A DNA stretch of 64,000 nt from Chlorokybus atmophyticus (Eukaryota; Plantae; Mesostigma and Chlorokybus algae). Under the pieces are notes generated by a model, which searched no databases, was not told the DNA's origin, and saw only the letters and a program-made list of their open reading frames with translations. Below are positions 40,418-57,399 of the stretch, one piece after another. The position numbers were made by a program, and so were the translations under genes. Position 1 is the first letter of the stretch. The number at the start of each line of letters is the position of its first letter. The stretch is taken from assembly GCA_009103225.1 (NCBI GenBank), contig RHPI01002069.1, positions 2,256,846 to 2,320,845 on the forward strand, read 5' to 3'.

Positions 40418-41359
40418 AAGCTACAAAACTGGGTGGTGACTGACGGGATTTGAGGTTGATAACGCCCAATGGGGCTGTGCACATCAGACTCATCGCGCTC
40501 CAGCACAACTTGGTTAAGCAAGATGTTCCTACAGCGCGTTTTATACAGCAGTTAGGCCATGGAACAACAATACAGACCAATCCGAGACAAACAAGATCTT
40601 GCAGACAATGCGCTCTTGACAATTGTCAACTTTTGATCAACGACGAGTAACAATTGTTGCACAGCGTTTCCAACCAAACTGTCAACTGTGTCAGTACTTG
40701 AACAAGGCTTGTTGCTTGGTATTGCCCACGTTCTCTTACCGACGCAGAGTGTTGTAAAACAATGTAGTTAGTTGTGGCATAGTCAGGCAACGATTATAGA
40801 ACAAGCACTATATTGAAAGGCCTTTTGTAAAACCCATGCCATGTGCTATCTAACGGTGCAGAAAACACAGGACTGTGGTCTAGTTGCGTTCGCTGACTCA
40901 AACATGGCCGTCTACCTATCAGCTGATCCAACTTAACATTACTTGAAAACTCCATCTGCATATTTCTCCTGAATGTGTAAATTTGCGTTCATGCTGCGTA
41001 CTGCATCCACATTATTGCAATATGGCTCCTGCTTACCGCAGACCTAAGGTACCGCCTGGCTCAACCCATGGGTAGAGAATAGAACCCAATCCGCCCACGA
41101 AGAAGCTGCATACGCTCAACCTCCAGCACCGCTAGGCCACCAGGCTACCAACTAAGCAAGCAGCTTCCCTGTCCGCTCAGAAAACAGTGCTGAACAGCAT
41201 AGCTATAGCTACACAGAACAGATTTCCGAGTATGCTGACTCTCACAGCCGCAAGGTTAGGCAGTCGTCCGCACACACACAGCGTACAGCGTTGTCGTCGA
41301 CGTCGTCGTCGTTGGCGGCGGCAGGGGCAGTGATGCTGACGCTAGCAGCAGGGGTGCTC

Positions 41360-41368
41360 TTAGGGTTT
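41360..41368. promoter_or_regulatory. Telo-box (TTAGGGTTT) in the MSL/MFP divergent promoter region
   Basis: Exact motif. Confidence 0.5.
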
Positions 41369-41776
41369 GCGTCCCCAGTGTTCAGCCCGGAAGCTGAACA
41401 GGATGTGATTCGCACTGAACTCGTGATGAACCTGAACCCGCAACGCTGTCGCTAACTTGAACCACAACGCTGTCGCCAACGCTGATGCTGCTGATGTCAG
41501 CAGGGCGGGGACGACTAGACCCGCAATTCAATCGATATGCACGTCAAGGACGACTGCGATGCACCATCGACCGCCACATGGATATTCAGTTTGCCACCAA
41601 CCGTCAGATCGGTCTCATGTTCATCCCGACCTGCCAACGTCAGCAGCCGGTGGCACAAACAAACGCATGCGTCCCTTTTTGAGCTTATCGCAACGCACTG
41701 CGTCGCAGCAAAGCCCTAAAGCTGCTCGTCTGTGTGACGCACAGTGTACACTTTGGAAAGTTGGTGCGCGGGAGCC

Positions 41777-45931
<4,155 letters not shown>

Positions 45932-46428
45932 AGCGGGTTTCTACAGCAAAAGCGTTGAAGTGTTTTCTGTACAAGTACATGAAACTGTGTCTGAAGACCA
46001 AGTTCTCCACTTGGTTGTATTGCCTCGCTCTGCTGCTTGATGGGAGTGTACATGCCCCCACCAGTATTGTGCTACACCAGCTTGGTGCTACAGCCGGTAC
46101 ACGGATGCACTTTGGGGCATTCAGTTGACGTGGCGAGCCAGAATGATTACTGGTTGTTGAGTTCAACAGCAGTTTGTACTTTAAACAATATGAAGCATGC
46201 ACTGATGCCAAAGGTCTTGCTATCGGCTGTTGCCATCATCGCAGGATCCGATTTACACGCGTGCTTGCATGCAGCTGGCATGCGTGTGAGTATGCTTGTG
46301 CAGTGATAGGCAGAGATGACAGTGCGTAGCTTGGTGTGACGATGTAATAGGCATGGATGACAGTACGTAGCTATGTGTGACGATGTTGCTGTACTAGTAA
46401 TGAGAGAGATTTACAACAGGGGGGCGGG

Positions 46429-46608
46429 GAGACAAACAAGATCTTGCAGACAATGCGCTCTTGACAATTGTCAACTTTTGATCAACGACGAGTAACAATT
46501 GTTGCACAGCGTTTCCAACCAAACTGTCAACTGTGTCAGTACTTGAACAAGGCTTGTTGCTTGGTATTGCCCACGTTCTCTTACCGACGCAGAGTGTTGT
46601 AAAACAAT
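46429..46608 (+). repeat. 180-bp exact copy of 40584-40763 ending at an N; probable assembly artefact
   Basis: Identical sequence in the same orientation with a constant offset of 5845, terminating at the N at 46609. Confidence 0.85.
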
Positions 46609-47772
46609 NCAGGCAAAATTGGTTGCTGACAGCAACCAATCCTGCCTGTGACAAATGCAATGCTGCCTTGCGCGAAGTACACACATTTGCAAGTGCTCTA
46701 CCCTGCTTTGGACTTTTCGTACATGGTATGTAGCTTGCCTCTTGTGTACACATTCGTTACATGGAGTAGCTGGTTCCAACAGTGCACAACATTGAACTAC
46801 CACACAACATGCAGCCCAAGTCTCACACGATCATCCTGACAAAGCAGTCAAAGTAGCCACATGGTTGTAGGCCATGCAGCTAGAGTATGTAAGGGGTATG
46901 GTATTATGCAACATGCATGGTGAGCGGGCGATGTGCCGGAATGTAGAACACTACTATATAACTGCACATGGGTTCTAGCACAGCCTCAGTACCACTTTGA
47001 AACCCGTCACATTCACCCCAAATGTCTCACTCTCATGCATGTCAATTCCTGCATCGCATGTATTTTATACACCATGCGCATCTTGCTGCCCACCGCGCAG
47101 TCGCTACTGCTGAGCAGGTGGTGAACTTGTGCCTGTCTACCTGTCTGCTCTGCCTTGCCCTGCCGTGCTGCCCGTGAGAGTCGAGAGTCTGGCCTAGCAA
47201 GATAGTATTAGCTGGTCTAGCTGTCCGAGTGGCTTGGGCGCTGGTCTGGCCCCAGATTGCTATGTGGATGACACATTGCCTAGCTGTAGACACACATGCA
47301 TACTCCCCACAGGCGCCGTTCACCTCCCACCGGCTCCAGGCTTGCAGGTGCTGGTTGCTTGTGCGCATTTTGCGGAAGGAGTACTACTGGTTGCAGGACA
47401 CTTGCTGCCTGCTTGCAAGCCAATCACCACTTACCAGGTAATGTGCATTGCCTCTTGTGTTCGAGTTGCCACAACTACCACAAAAATGCTACTGGTTACC
47501 CTCCATGTTGCACGATCGTGTCACCAACTCGGTCTCAATGCGTTGCATACAACCAACAACTCGGCCCTCCAACCATGGAGGCGGACGTGGTGCTTGCGTA
47601 GGTGGCAACGTAGGAGCTAGCGGGCGCGCGTGTGTATATAGTCCAAAGGCCCAATGTCTGTACAAAAAGTGTCAAAGGACAAAGTGTTTGATACATGCAT
47701 GCAGGTGTGCGAGGACTAGGCTGGTGTGGTTGTGACTGCAGTGTGGGGGCGTGTGTATCAAGAGGTAACGTG

Positions 47773-47930
47773 GTATGTTGTGTATGATTAGGAGCGACTG
47801 GCACCACTATAATACAGTGGTGTCAAACTGCGCCAGTCGCTTCTGATCATACACCACATACCGACTGGCGCAGTCTGACATTACAGTGGTGTCAGACTGC
47901 GCTAGTCGCTCCTGATCATACACCACATAC
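47773..47930. repeat. Compound inverted/tandem (foldback or MITE-like) repeat
   Basis: GTATGTTGTGTATGATTAGGAGCGACTGGC pairs with GCCAGTCGCTTCTGATCATACACCACATAC (3 mismatches). A second hairpin follows (CGACTGGCGCAGTCTGACA / TGTCAGACTGCGCTAGTCG), then a direct repeat of the right arm. Confidence 0.75.
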
Positions 47931-48128
47931 CCCGAACTTCTTGCACAAAGGGTGGGTGGGTGGGTGGGACAACTTCAATCCGCGGCGCACTATACTCAAC
48001 ATCGTACGGGAGACGCCCTTGCGCCCTTAGCGTATGTTGGCATGCGTTGGCACTGCTCAGGCATCTCTTATGGTTGAGGACTAAACATTATACGATACAG
48101 ACTGAACAGAGAAACGGACACTAATACT

Positions 48129-51100
48129 TCATTTGGCAAGCACGTGCTCAAAATACCGCTCGCAGCGATGCTTTGAAGCAGCTGCTGCATTGCTGGGCAC
48201 ATATAGCATGCGTGTTGCGTGACAGCTGTGACGTGCGTGCGTATGGATGGTGCTTTGCAAACGTGCATTCCATCTCAGCTACGAGTGCAGTTGCGCCAAC
48301 ATGTGCTGCACATGCACTCAACAGTGGTGGCCGTCGCTGGCGAAGTTTGCGGTTGGCCATGTGCTTGCGCTGCCTGCTTCGACTCCACTTGCGGTGTGGT
48401 GCTTGCTTCATGCGCCTTCAGGCAGGCGAGAGCGAGGCCTTTGCTTTTTGTAGCGTTGTTGGATTTGTACACTTCAGGGAGGATTGTCTGTGCAAGCTGC
48501 AAAGCAACCTCCTCCTCACCAGCTTGTCTGGCACAGTCTATCGCCTGTGTGCACGCAAGGGCGCAATAAATAAGACAAGACAGCTTCTCTGTCTTGTCTT
48601 ATTTTTACTACGTTACCATCAATGAGATTGGTATAGTGCTTCACTGATACTATAATACTATCAGATCATGATGATATGACTTTGCAATTGATGTTCGCAA
48701 CATGAATGCACGCGCTGGTTGCAGTGGATAATCAATGAATTAATGCGTACCTTCCGCACATTGTTGCGGATGCGACTTCCAGCTTTGGTTGGCATGCGGC
48801 GAGTGGCCTCGATCCAGCCCTGCCACGTGGTAGGGTCCGGGGGCACTGGTGCACACGCAGTCGACAACTGCTGAACAGGCTGCTGAGGTTGCTGGTAGGC
48901 TGTTGTTGGACTTGTTGAGCAGAATGCTGCAGGTTGTGTTTGAGCATTGTTGGGGTCGCATACAGCGCCCGGCACTTGCTGGACGGCGTCGGTACATTCC
49001 CTCCATGCACTCGCGCTCTGTGGTCGCTCTGATGGGTGTGCATCATCTGTGAGTATCCTGGAGGTGTTGGCAACCAAAGTGCTGTTGTTGGTGTTGGTGT
49101 GTGCTGCGCTAGTGTTGGCTGCCGGGTGGACATGGAGACTTGAATGCTGAGGGAGCGTTGTGGCTTGTGGCTGTATGCACTGGAGAGCTGTCCGGACTTG
49201 CAAACTAACTGCATTTGAGTACAGAGGAGACTTGGCGTCTTGCTCGATAGAACTCGCAGCCGCCTGCCTAATCGGCGTTCTGTTGTCGGCTGCTACAGCG
49301 GGTCTGCACTTGGGCAAGCTGGGTTGCGTGCTAGGATCTAGTGCACCATCCTGCTGCGTGACAAGAGGTGGTGTTAGATAGGGGCAGGTGACTTGCAAAC
49401 GACCTACGCACAGTATACTGCTCTGCTCCAAGCTTACTGCTGGTGTGCTCCTGGCTGCAATGGCATGCACAGAAGGAGGGACGACAGACTTTTTCACATC
49501 AGTCCTGTGGGCTGCTTCCTGATCCATGCAAAAAGCATCAGATTGTTCCACCTTCCAGCAGGCACGCACAAACAACATATACGGACAGGAACAAAAATGT
49601 GCACACGTGCGCGCACATGCTTTAGTGCAAGCTTGGCAGGTGTCAGTGCAAAGCATCGCTCACCTGCAAAGGGTCGCTTTGAACCATGTCGTTGCAACTG
49701 GTGCACACGAAGCTTGAGCCGGCGGGCTTGTAGGCACGTATTAGAGCAACCTCATCCGGCACATGCATGGCACACCAGCTCGCCGGACAGTAGAGGCAGT
49801 GGGACAGGGTGTCCTCCTGCTCGTTGGCAACGCAGCCCTCAATAGCACACCTGTTGCAACAATCTGCTTCATACAGTAACTCCTCTTGAATATTCACTTT
49901 TGTCGCAGACACACATATGCACGCGCACACGTGCGCAGCATGACAAGATCGATACCTGTGGCGAGGGCAAGTCCACATGCTCAAGTGCGAGGGTTCAGCA
50001 CTCAGTCCCACACATTCCAGATGGTACGCTTTCCAACAAGGCTGCACGTTGGGCTCTGTGGCATCATTGCACTGCCCGTATTGGCATGCGATGAGCCTTC
50101 CACCTTGCTTACAGACACAGCAGTCAAACTCCCAATGCTGCAGCTCGATTTTGCTTTGCACAATGTCATCAATCCGCCTGCGTGGCAATGCGCTCTTGAT
50201 TATGGTTTTACAGCACAGGTCTTAAAGCCACATGTTGGACCAAACAGTTAGTGATGGCTATTGTGTATGAAGAGACAGCCATGCAAAGGTTTTGTATCAA
50301 GCAGCAGACACATGCGAGGAAAGCAAGCCAACCATGGAGTATCAGTCAATGTAACAGGCATGTGTCATGCTTACTGTACGTATTGCAGGTGCATGGCTTG
50401 TTGTCGAATCTTCGCCATGTCTGCATTCAGCACGCTCGCAGCAGCGGTTAGCAGCCGCCCCTTCCCCTGCCATCTCTCCCTCCATATTATTGCGGACAGT
50501 GTTTTGTTCCAGTAGCTCTCCAACTCTCGTGCAGTTCTGCAACCCAAACAGCGAGCATGAGACACCATCAACAGGACGGTGTGTGCGTGCGGGTGCATGC
50601 CTGCGTGGGCGTCTGCGCGTGCGCATGCGTGCGTGTGTGTCTATGTGTTTGTGTGCATGCATGCATGCATGTGTGAGCAAGCTTGCGTGTGTATGCATAT
50701 GTGTGTGTGCGTGTGCGTGCGTGTGTGCTCCTGCATATCCGTTCGTGCAAGCGGGCGGGTGGGTGGGGGGGGGGGTGGGTGGGCCCGCGCTAGTACGTTT
50801 GTGCGTGCGTGTGTATACAAGTCTGCATACGCATCAACAAAGAGCGCGTGAGCGCGCGCGCACACACGCGTGTGTGTGCGTGCAAGCATGCATGTGCATG
50901 CAAGCCTGCACACGCATCAACTTTCAAATGTGATCCAATGCGAGTACCTTCCCGGCACCCGTTCGGCGATTTTGTTCCAGTTGCAACTGCCCAGCTGCGC
51001 TCTAGCAAGGACCAGTTGCAATTGCTCTGCCTCCGTCCATTCAGTCTTCCGTCCAACAACTGTGCCGCCAGTATGCTTGGCCAAGGCATCCTCAGCATGG

Positions 51101-52011
51101 CTTGCACGTGCTGTTGGAGCAGCCTGAATCACACACAAGCGTGCACATGTGTATATGCAGTACCCCAACACACTGCAGCGCGTTCACATTCAACAAACAG
51201 AGCATCACAATGGTGTATTGTGTAGTGCTCTTACCGGCAGTTGTGAGGGGAAGCCATCTGATTGCAAGTCCCAGCGCAAATGCGAGCGCAGGGCAGCCCG
51301 AAAGACGTCCCAATCGGAGAAGACATTGCCCAGAGCGAGGTTCTTCCGAAGCGCGGACAGAGCCGTGGCCCAGCGCTTGTCGACTGCAGCAGGGTGTCCA
51401 ATCGGATAGCCGTTGCTGTGGGAAGCGCAGCACTACCACGATAAGAATATGCAGAGAGGCTAAGGCTGGACACAAAGCTACAAAACAAGAGCATGAACAT
51501 CGATGCTCTCACCTTCACACGTACTCTAACACACACGCATGCACACATGCATTGTAAGGTACTGTCACGCACACGACAACTTGTGTTAACACAATTGTGC
51601 AGGTTTGCAACTCAACTAGCAAGTACAAGCACAGTTAGAATACACAATTACGCGTACAACTCCAATGCTAGCAACGCAAATAGTATAACTCACCCGTTCA
51701 GGTGTGCTTCAGCAGCTTCTGGAGGCAGATTCTCATCCCGCGCGTGAAGCTTTCTTTTGCTCGTTAGGCGTTCTGCTCCAGTCTGCTGCATGCTTTTGTC
51801 TGCTGCTGCTGTCTGATGGTTGCTCGCGTGCTTACCAAGTGGTGTATGTCTGCTTGCCTTTTGCAAGTGTGCTGGGTTTTGACGTGAAAACAGCCAGCCT
51901 ACCGCTGCACTTGTTCTGCACAGCCAACCTGGATGTTACAGCTGATCATAAGCGCACGCAATGCTCTAAGTTACGTGGAATTGCAACTGGACATGTAGAG
52001 GAATCAGCCAT
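48129..52011 (-). CDS. Chromatin-reader-like protein: one Myb/SANT repeat plus an NSD-type PHD finger and C5HCH module, long disordered region (ends approximate)
   Basis: EWTEAEQLQLVLARAQLGSCNWNKIAERVPGR|TARELESYWNKTL is the Myb repeat. CCVCKQGGRLIACQYGQC...CWKAYHLECVGLS...WTCPRH followed by CNRC...SHCLYCPASWCAMH...FVCTSC is the NSD-like PHD-C5HCH. Confidence 0.78.
48568..48604. repeat. Perfect 16-bp inverted repeat with a 5-nt loop, intronic
   Basis: AAATAAGACAAGACAG-CTTCT-CTGTCTTGTCTTATTT. Confidence 0.85.
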
Positions 52012-53956
52012 GCAGCTGGTTAGACGACTACTTCATCAATCGTGAACAGCTGCAGCTGCAGCCTACTTAGTCCGTTAGGGCAGTTACTAAAGCACAATTG
52101 TGCTAACAACGTCCATACAACGAATGATTACTACTTACACATGTCTCACACACTGTCCTAGCTGCTTGCTAGCTCTCACCTCTTCTGCCGTGCAGCAGCA
52201 AGCCAGCACCATCATTAGCATGAAGGCAGACTCAGCGTCTGTGCAACAATCTCAAGCCCGAGTACAATCCATTCGGGTTGTTGTTGTTCCAGAGGGTTGA
52301 TCGAGTTTGGCATATAGCCGTAAGTGCTTTCTTTTGCTCGCCTGCTAGCATGCATGTTTAGCATTTGGCAGCATGCATAATTTTTTCACTCACCAGTTGC
52401 CGGCAGCAGGGGGCAGCGCATACTCCGAAACAGCCTCGCATTCTGCAAATTCAATTTATATCACATTGGGCAAGAAGAGTTTTTGGGATTCAAGCAGTGT
52501 AATCTTCCAAGCAGTGAGTCAGCTTACAATGCTTTGAGCCCAGCTCACAGCTTGCTGTTGCTTGTGGTGCTCATGCTTCGCGCTGTACACATTCGCACGC
52601 GTATAAACGCCATCTCGACTTCTCTACCTACATGCATTAAAGCTTGCACTGACCTCAACAGCATGAGTCAGTCACATGTTTGACTGAGTTGACAAGCGCT
52701 ACGCCGAGCAGCAGGCGTAGAACCTTGCTGAAGGCTAGGGAAACACAGACGCCGAAGTAGAAATTCAAACGCTTAGGTGCACGTACACGTACACGACAAC
52801 TCGTCCATTACGGACGTATGCATCTGACCTGGTTACAATGAGGCTGTTCAGTGAACAATGTCTGAGACAATGTGTCTGGCTTGTCGCTCCAGCAAGTCAA
52901 GTCAACTCGCGGAACATGAGACCATTTATTCATGTTTGTTTGTTCGTCATTGAGTGCATGTACCTCGGCATGCAGCGAAGTGTATATTTCGAAAAAATGC
53001 AAAAGGGTTTCAATCATAAACGAGCTATTATCAATTGTCAAGATAAGCTTAACTTTATCGTTAAGCATTCTCGATTCTCTTGTCGTAACTTTCGTCATGT
53101 AGTAATTGGGTGAGAGTTGGCGTGTGCAAGTGTACAAAGATGCAAGGAGGAACTCGTTCACGTGTGCGAGTTGCTATGTTGTGGGTGCTGTACGTGTGTT
53201 TGTTCTTGTGCGGGTGTGCCGCATGATTGTGCATGTGGGCACAGCTGTTTAATAAACTGATGGGGGTGCTATACGCACGGGCATTTCAGTGATGTTTTTA
53301 CATGTATTGTGTGTGCGCGGCATTGTGTACATAACATGCAAGACACGATTGTGTGACTAGTATTACACATTATGCGTATTACATATCAACTTGAGTACAC
53401 AATGTTAGCTGTTTAAAAGATATGCGTGGACATACTATCATTATAGTATTTGTCAAATATTTCTTAAATGCATTTTAAATGCAAGATACCATTGTACTTC
53501 TCGCAATGTCCTCTTATTAAGAAATCATCAAGTTAACTGGCATAATAAGCACTCCCCAACTTGCCATTCCACATCGTTGTCATTGAAAGCCTTATACTTA
53601 GTTGAACATAAGGGGGTTTTAGATTGTGTGGAAGTGCGCTGTCATAATTGCGCATCATCACAAGTTCGGGTAACAAGTACATCGATTAAGCGCACTCGCA
53701 ACATATGCGATGCTTAAGTTCCAAGTGCAGGAAAGCACACTAATACATTTACATGTATGATCGATAGCGCAACTGAGCATATTTCACAAGTCTGCCTGAT
53801 GTCACCACACTTGCCCACACCACACTTGCCTGATGTCACCAATATTTCACCTTCACACGCACACAACACAAGTACATCAAACATCATGCGACGCAATGCC
53901 TAACCCTACCACCATATGTTACACTACTATATTCACATATCACCTTCCAACCCTTT

Positions 53957-56857
53957 TTAGCACTCCTCGCAGATTGGCTGCCTGAGCACATGCTGGCGTG
54001 GGCTCTCGCCAGGTATCTGCTGCAGCTTGCGCTTGTTCTCAATCAACGCCTGCACCGTAGGCAGCTGGTAAGGATCGCCCTTCTCAATCGCGGTCAGCAC
54101 GGTGCCTCCGCCCGTAAACATGTAGTAAGTGTTGTCCTCCTGTCATAAGCAACGCAGAGAAGGCATCAAAACAAGAGAAAGCGAGCGCGGGCACACAAAC
54201 GCACAGGCACATACATGCACGCACAAACACCAAAATCCTGTACACGCACGCACGTACCACCCCAACGCAACCGACACAACTATGCAATTCAGGACTCAGG
54301 CGAGAATGCATGTGACGCATTATTCATGCCTGCGCGGTCATGTAGAGGCCAGGAAGAATGCTGCGGAAGATCTGCAAGGTGTCGCCGCCGCCAAACATCT
54401 TGTGCGCAGTCTTGTTCTGCGCGATCAGCGTGTCCATGGCATGCGTGCCCTCCATGAACGGCGGCTTGCCATCAGTGTACCTTCACACCACACACACAAT
54501 TGATTGTGAGCAAACAACCAACAGCGCAATTAAGGCTGCCATGTTTTGATACAGTGATTTGCATGCTGTGCTGAGGTTACATGATTTTCAGCTCAATTCA
54601 TATGCCAACGCAATAGGCATGCGTGGTACATGCGCAACATACCCCATGACGGCGTTCACAAAGATGAGTTTGGCTTCCAGGAAGACTTTCTTGACCTCTT
54701 CATCTTCAAAGGACTCGGGCGCCACATCGAGCACGTACTGCAGCGAGTCTCCTTTCTTCAGCTTTCTGATGTCAATGTTCTTGTATTTGCCCTCCATCCT
54801 TCCCTCCATGGTCTCAGACTCGACAATCAGCGGTAACTCCACCACTTTGGACTTGTCCTTGTCGAGATTCACCAACTCCTTCGCCATTTCTACCTGTGCA
54901 TGTGCAGTGTCAGGAGCAGCAGCACATGCAATGCTCTGACACAACATTGCAACATAGAGTATGAACATAACCTGCCTCTTCATCAGCGATGCCCTCTATG
55001 TGGATGCCGTACTTGGCACACAAGTATGCGTTGTAAAGGACACCGCCAAGCACTAAGTGGTCAGCGCTGTGCCAGATGCGGGTCAACGGGCCGATCTGTT
55101 TCGCACATGTGTAAGTTACTGGTATGAAAGAGTCCACACCACATGCTATGCACAACTGTTTACTTGTTGCTTGTACCTTTGTGTCGTATTTGCTGCCAGC
55201 AACAACGGCGAGGAAAGGCCTGTTTGGCTTCACAATTCTTTCCAGGTTGCACAGCTGGTGACCAGAATGACCAACGAGAACAAGTCAGGAAAAGACTTCC
55301 GTGCGCGTGCATGCGTACACGCGTGTGGTGTGTATGTGTGTGCGCATGCCTGCGTCCGTGCGTGTGTGTCTGTCTGTGTATTAACGTGTCTGCGTGTGTA
55401 CGAACATGAAGACGAGACGCACCTCAGCTTGCATCAGCAGGCCAGCATAGCTGGGCAGGTACTGTGTGATGTTGTACGTGCTCACATGTGGCTGCCAAGA
55501 ACCAAAAGCTGCGAGGAAAGCACACCACTGCATTGAACAATGCAAGTTTGCCAGATGATGCACACACACATGGCAGTAACAATGCTCATGCCTACCATCG
55601 TTGACGTACACATCAGCGAGGCCCGCCAGCTGCAAGGCGAAGCGCTCCTGAACGTCCTTCCCAAACTTTCCTTCCTCCCCAGCAAACCAGCGAGTGTTTG
55701 GAAGATAGATAGCACCCACTCGCCGCTCCTTCAATTCCTGTTTGCATGCTCAACCCAGCTGAGGACGTGCACTGGCAAAACGAGTTCACACGTACACAAA
55801 AACAAACCCACATGCATGCGCGCATACACACACACATGCGCGCACGCACACACATGCACACGAAGATAGCAATTAAGCATGTCTGGTACCTTTATGTAGA
55901 AGTTAACGCTGGTGTCGATGGACTGCATGCCACTCGTCTCATTAGTGGTGAACTGGCTCGGGACGCAAATCGAAATCTTCAACTTAGACCTATTGTCACA
56001 ACAAAAACTCCCCATGAAGTCCGCATCCAAATTAGAGTTTCATTCCTTACGCCAATATTTGCTTCATAGTTAACAAACCTGAGGTACTCGACAATTGGCT
56101 CAACACTGCTCTTCTCATCAACAGTGATCTTGTTGGTCTTCTTGTCATATGGCCGGCCCACGTGTGACATGAGAATGAGAAACCCGCCCTGCAGCCAAAT
56201 GATGTAGCACTGTTGCAACTTCTCTGATGTCGTGCAGTTGATGTTGATAACGAGTTTGGTAGCGTAACAATGGTATAAAGTGTAAGGTAGTAGTAGAGGG
56301 GGAGGAGTACAGTAGCTACGTATTATTGTTTAAATGTAGTGGTAGTAGTACACTTACACATGCGACAATGTTGAAGAGAGTTGGAAGAGACGAGTCGATG
56401 CGAAAGGCGTCCTCAATTGCCCCATTTTTCACAACGTTGTGGTCCACGCGCACGAGCACAACCTTGCCAGCCAGCTTCGCATCCTGTGTTGTTTCATCAC
56501 AAGGTTCACGCGTGTGCAGCTGGCGTTGGCATGTGCAGTACATTACAACAAGGTCTAGTATACTTGTCAGCTGAATCCAAGCACAAACTTGCTTGTAGCA
56601 GCTTGACACCACTACACAGCATGTATAATCATGCTTCCGTGCTAGTTGGTTTCTTGCAAGGCACTAGCAATCGACACACTGTGTTGATTTCGCTTGGGGC
56701 AACATCAATTTGCTTTTGTATTGGTAGACCACAAGTGAATGAGTATCATCATGGCATGCTTCGTAAGCTGTATACAAGCAGGAGCCACCTGCAAGAGAGG
56801 CAGCTCCGGGTGCAACTGCCGGCGGAAGCTCCGCTGCTTAGACACAGTCATCACCAT
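53957..56857 (-). CDS. Phosphoglycerate kinase, atypical divergent type
   Basis: GKVVLVRVDHNVVKNGAIEDAFRI, LMSHVGRP, YLPNTRWF, ADVYVNDAFGSWQPHVST, RPFLAVVAGSKYDTKI, LGGVLYNAYL, IFVNAVMG, FGGGDT and MFTGGGTVL. Two GC-AG introns (donors at 54975 and 54329). Confidence 0.9.
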
Positions 56858-57399
56858 CTTGTCTTTCTTCCTCCTCGGTCTCCTCCGCCGCCGCCGCCTC
56901 CTCCCTGCTAACCCTAATGCCAAGCTTGCCTAGAAGGGCGTTGCGCAAGCTGCTACGCCTGACGCTGCTGCTGCTGCTGCGCCAGCTGGCAGACTGTCAC
57001 TGCGTTTGCAATGCAATTAAAACAAGTTGTCCAACACTGTGTGCACCATGTCAGATCTGATAGACGGTTCACGTGCCACGTCGGACAATATGTAATTCAT
57101 GTGGACTCTGCGGCGAATGATGACACGAAACGACTGTGGTTGAGATGAGCATGTAATGACATACTGACATGACTCATGGAATGTGCTCATGTCACATTCT
57201 CTCTTTGTAAGAACTGCCCGACCAACGTTCTGTTTTATGCGCATAGTGTTCCTAACAGGTCATTAAGAGGTTGGTTTCAAGCTCTCAAGCTGATAGACAA
57301 CTGTTGTGACATTCATCGTTTCAACAAGTGGACATGTAGTTTGCACACAACTTCAAACACATTCAGTACGAAGTACCCAAATGAAACCTTCATGCATGA

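Noticed and set aside
52808-53161. 117-aa intronless ORF (- strand) with LILTIDNSSF, reminiscent of the IS630/Tc1 DNAxFH motif
   Set aside because: No first catalytic Asp region, no PxYSPDLNPIE, wrong spacing to the W, and no TIRs seen, so there is too little to call a transposase.
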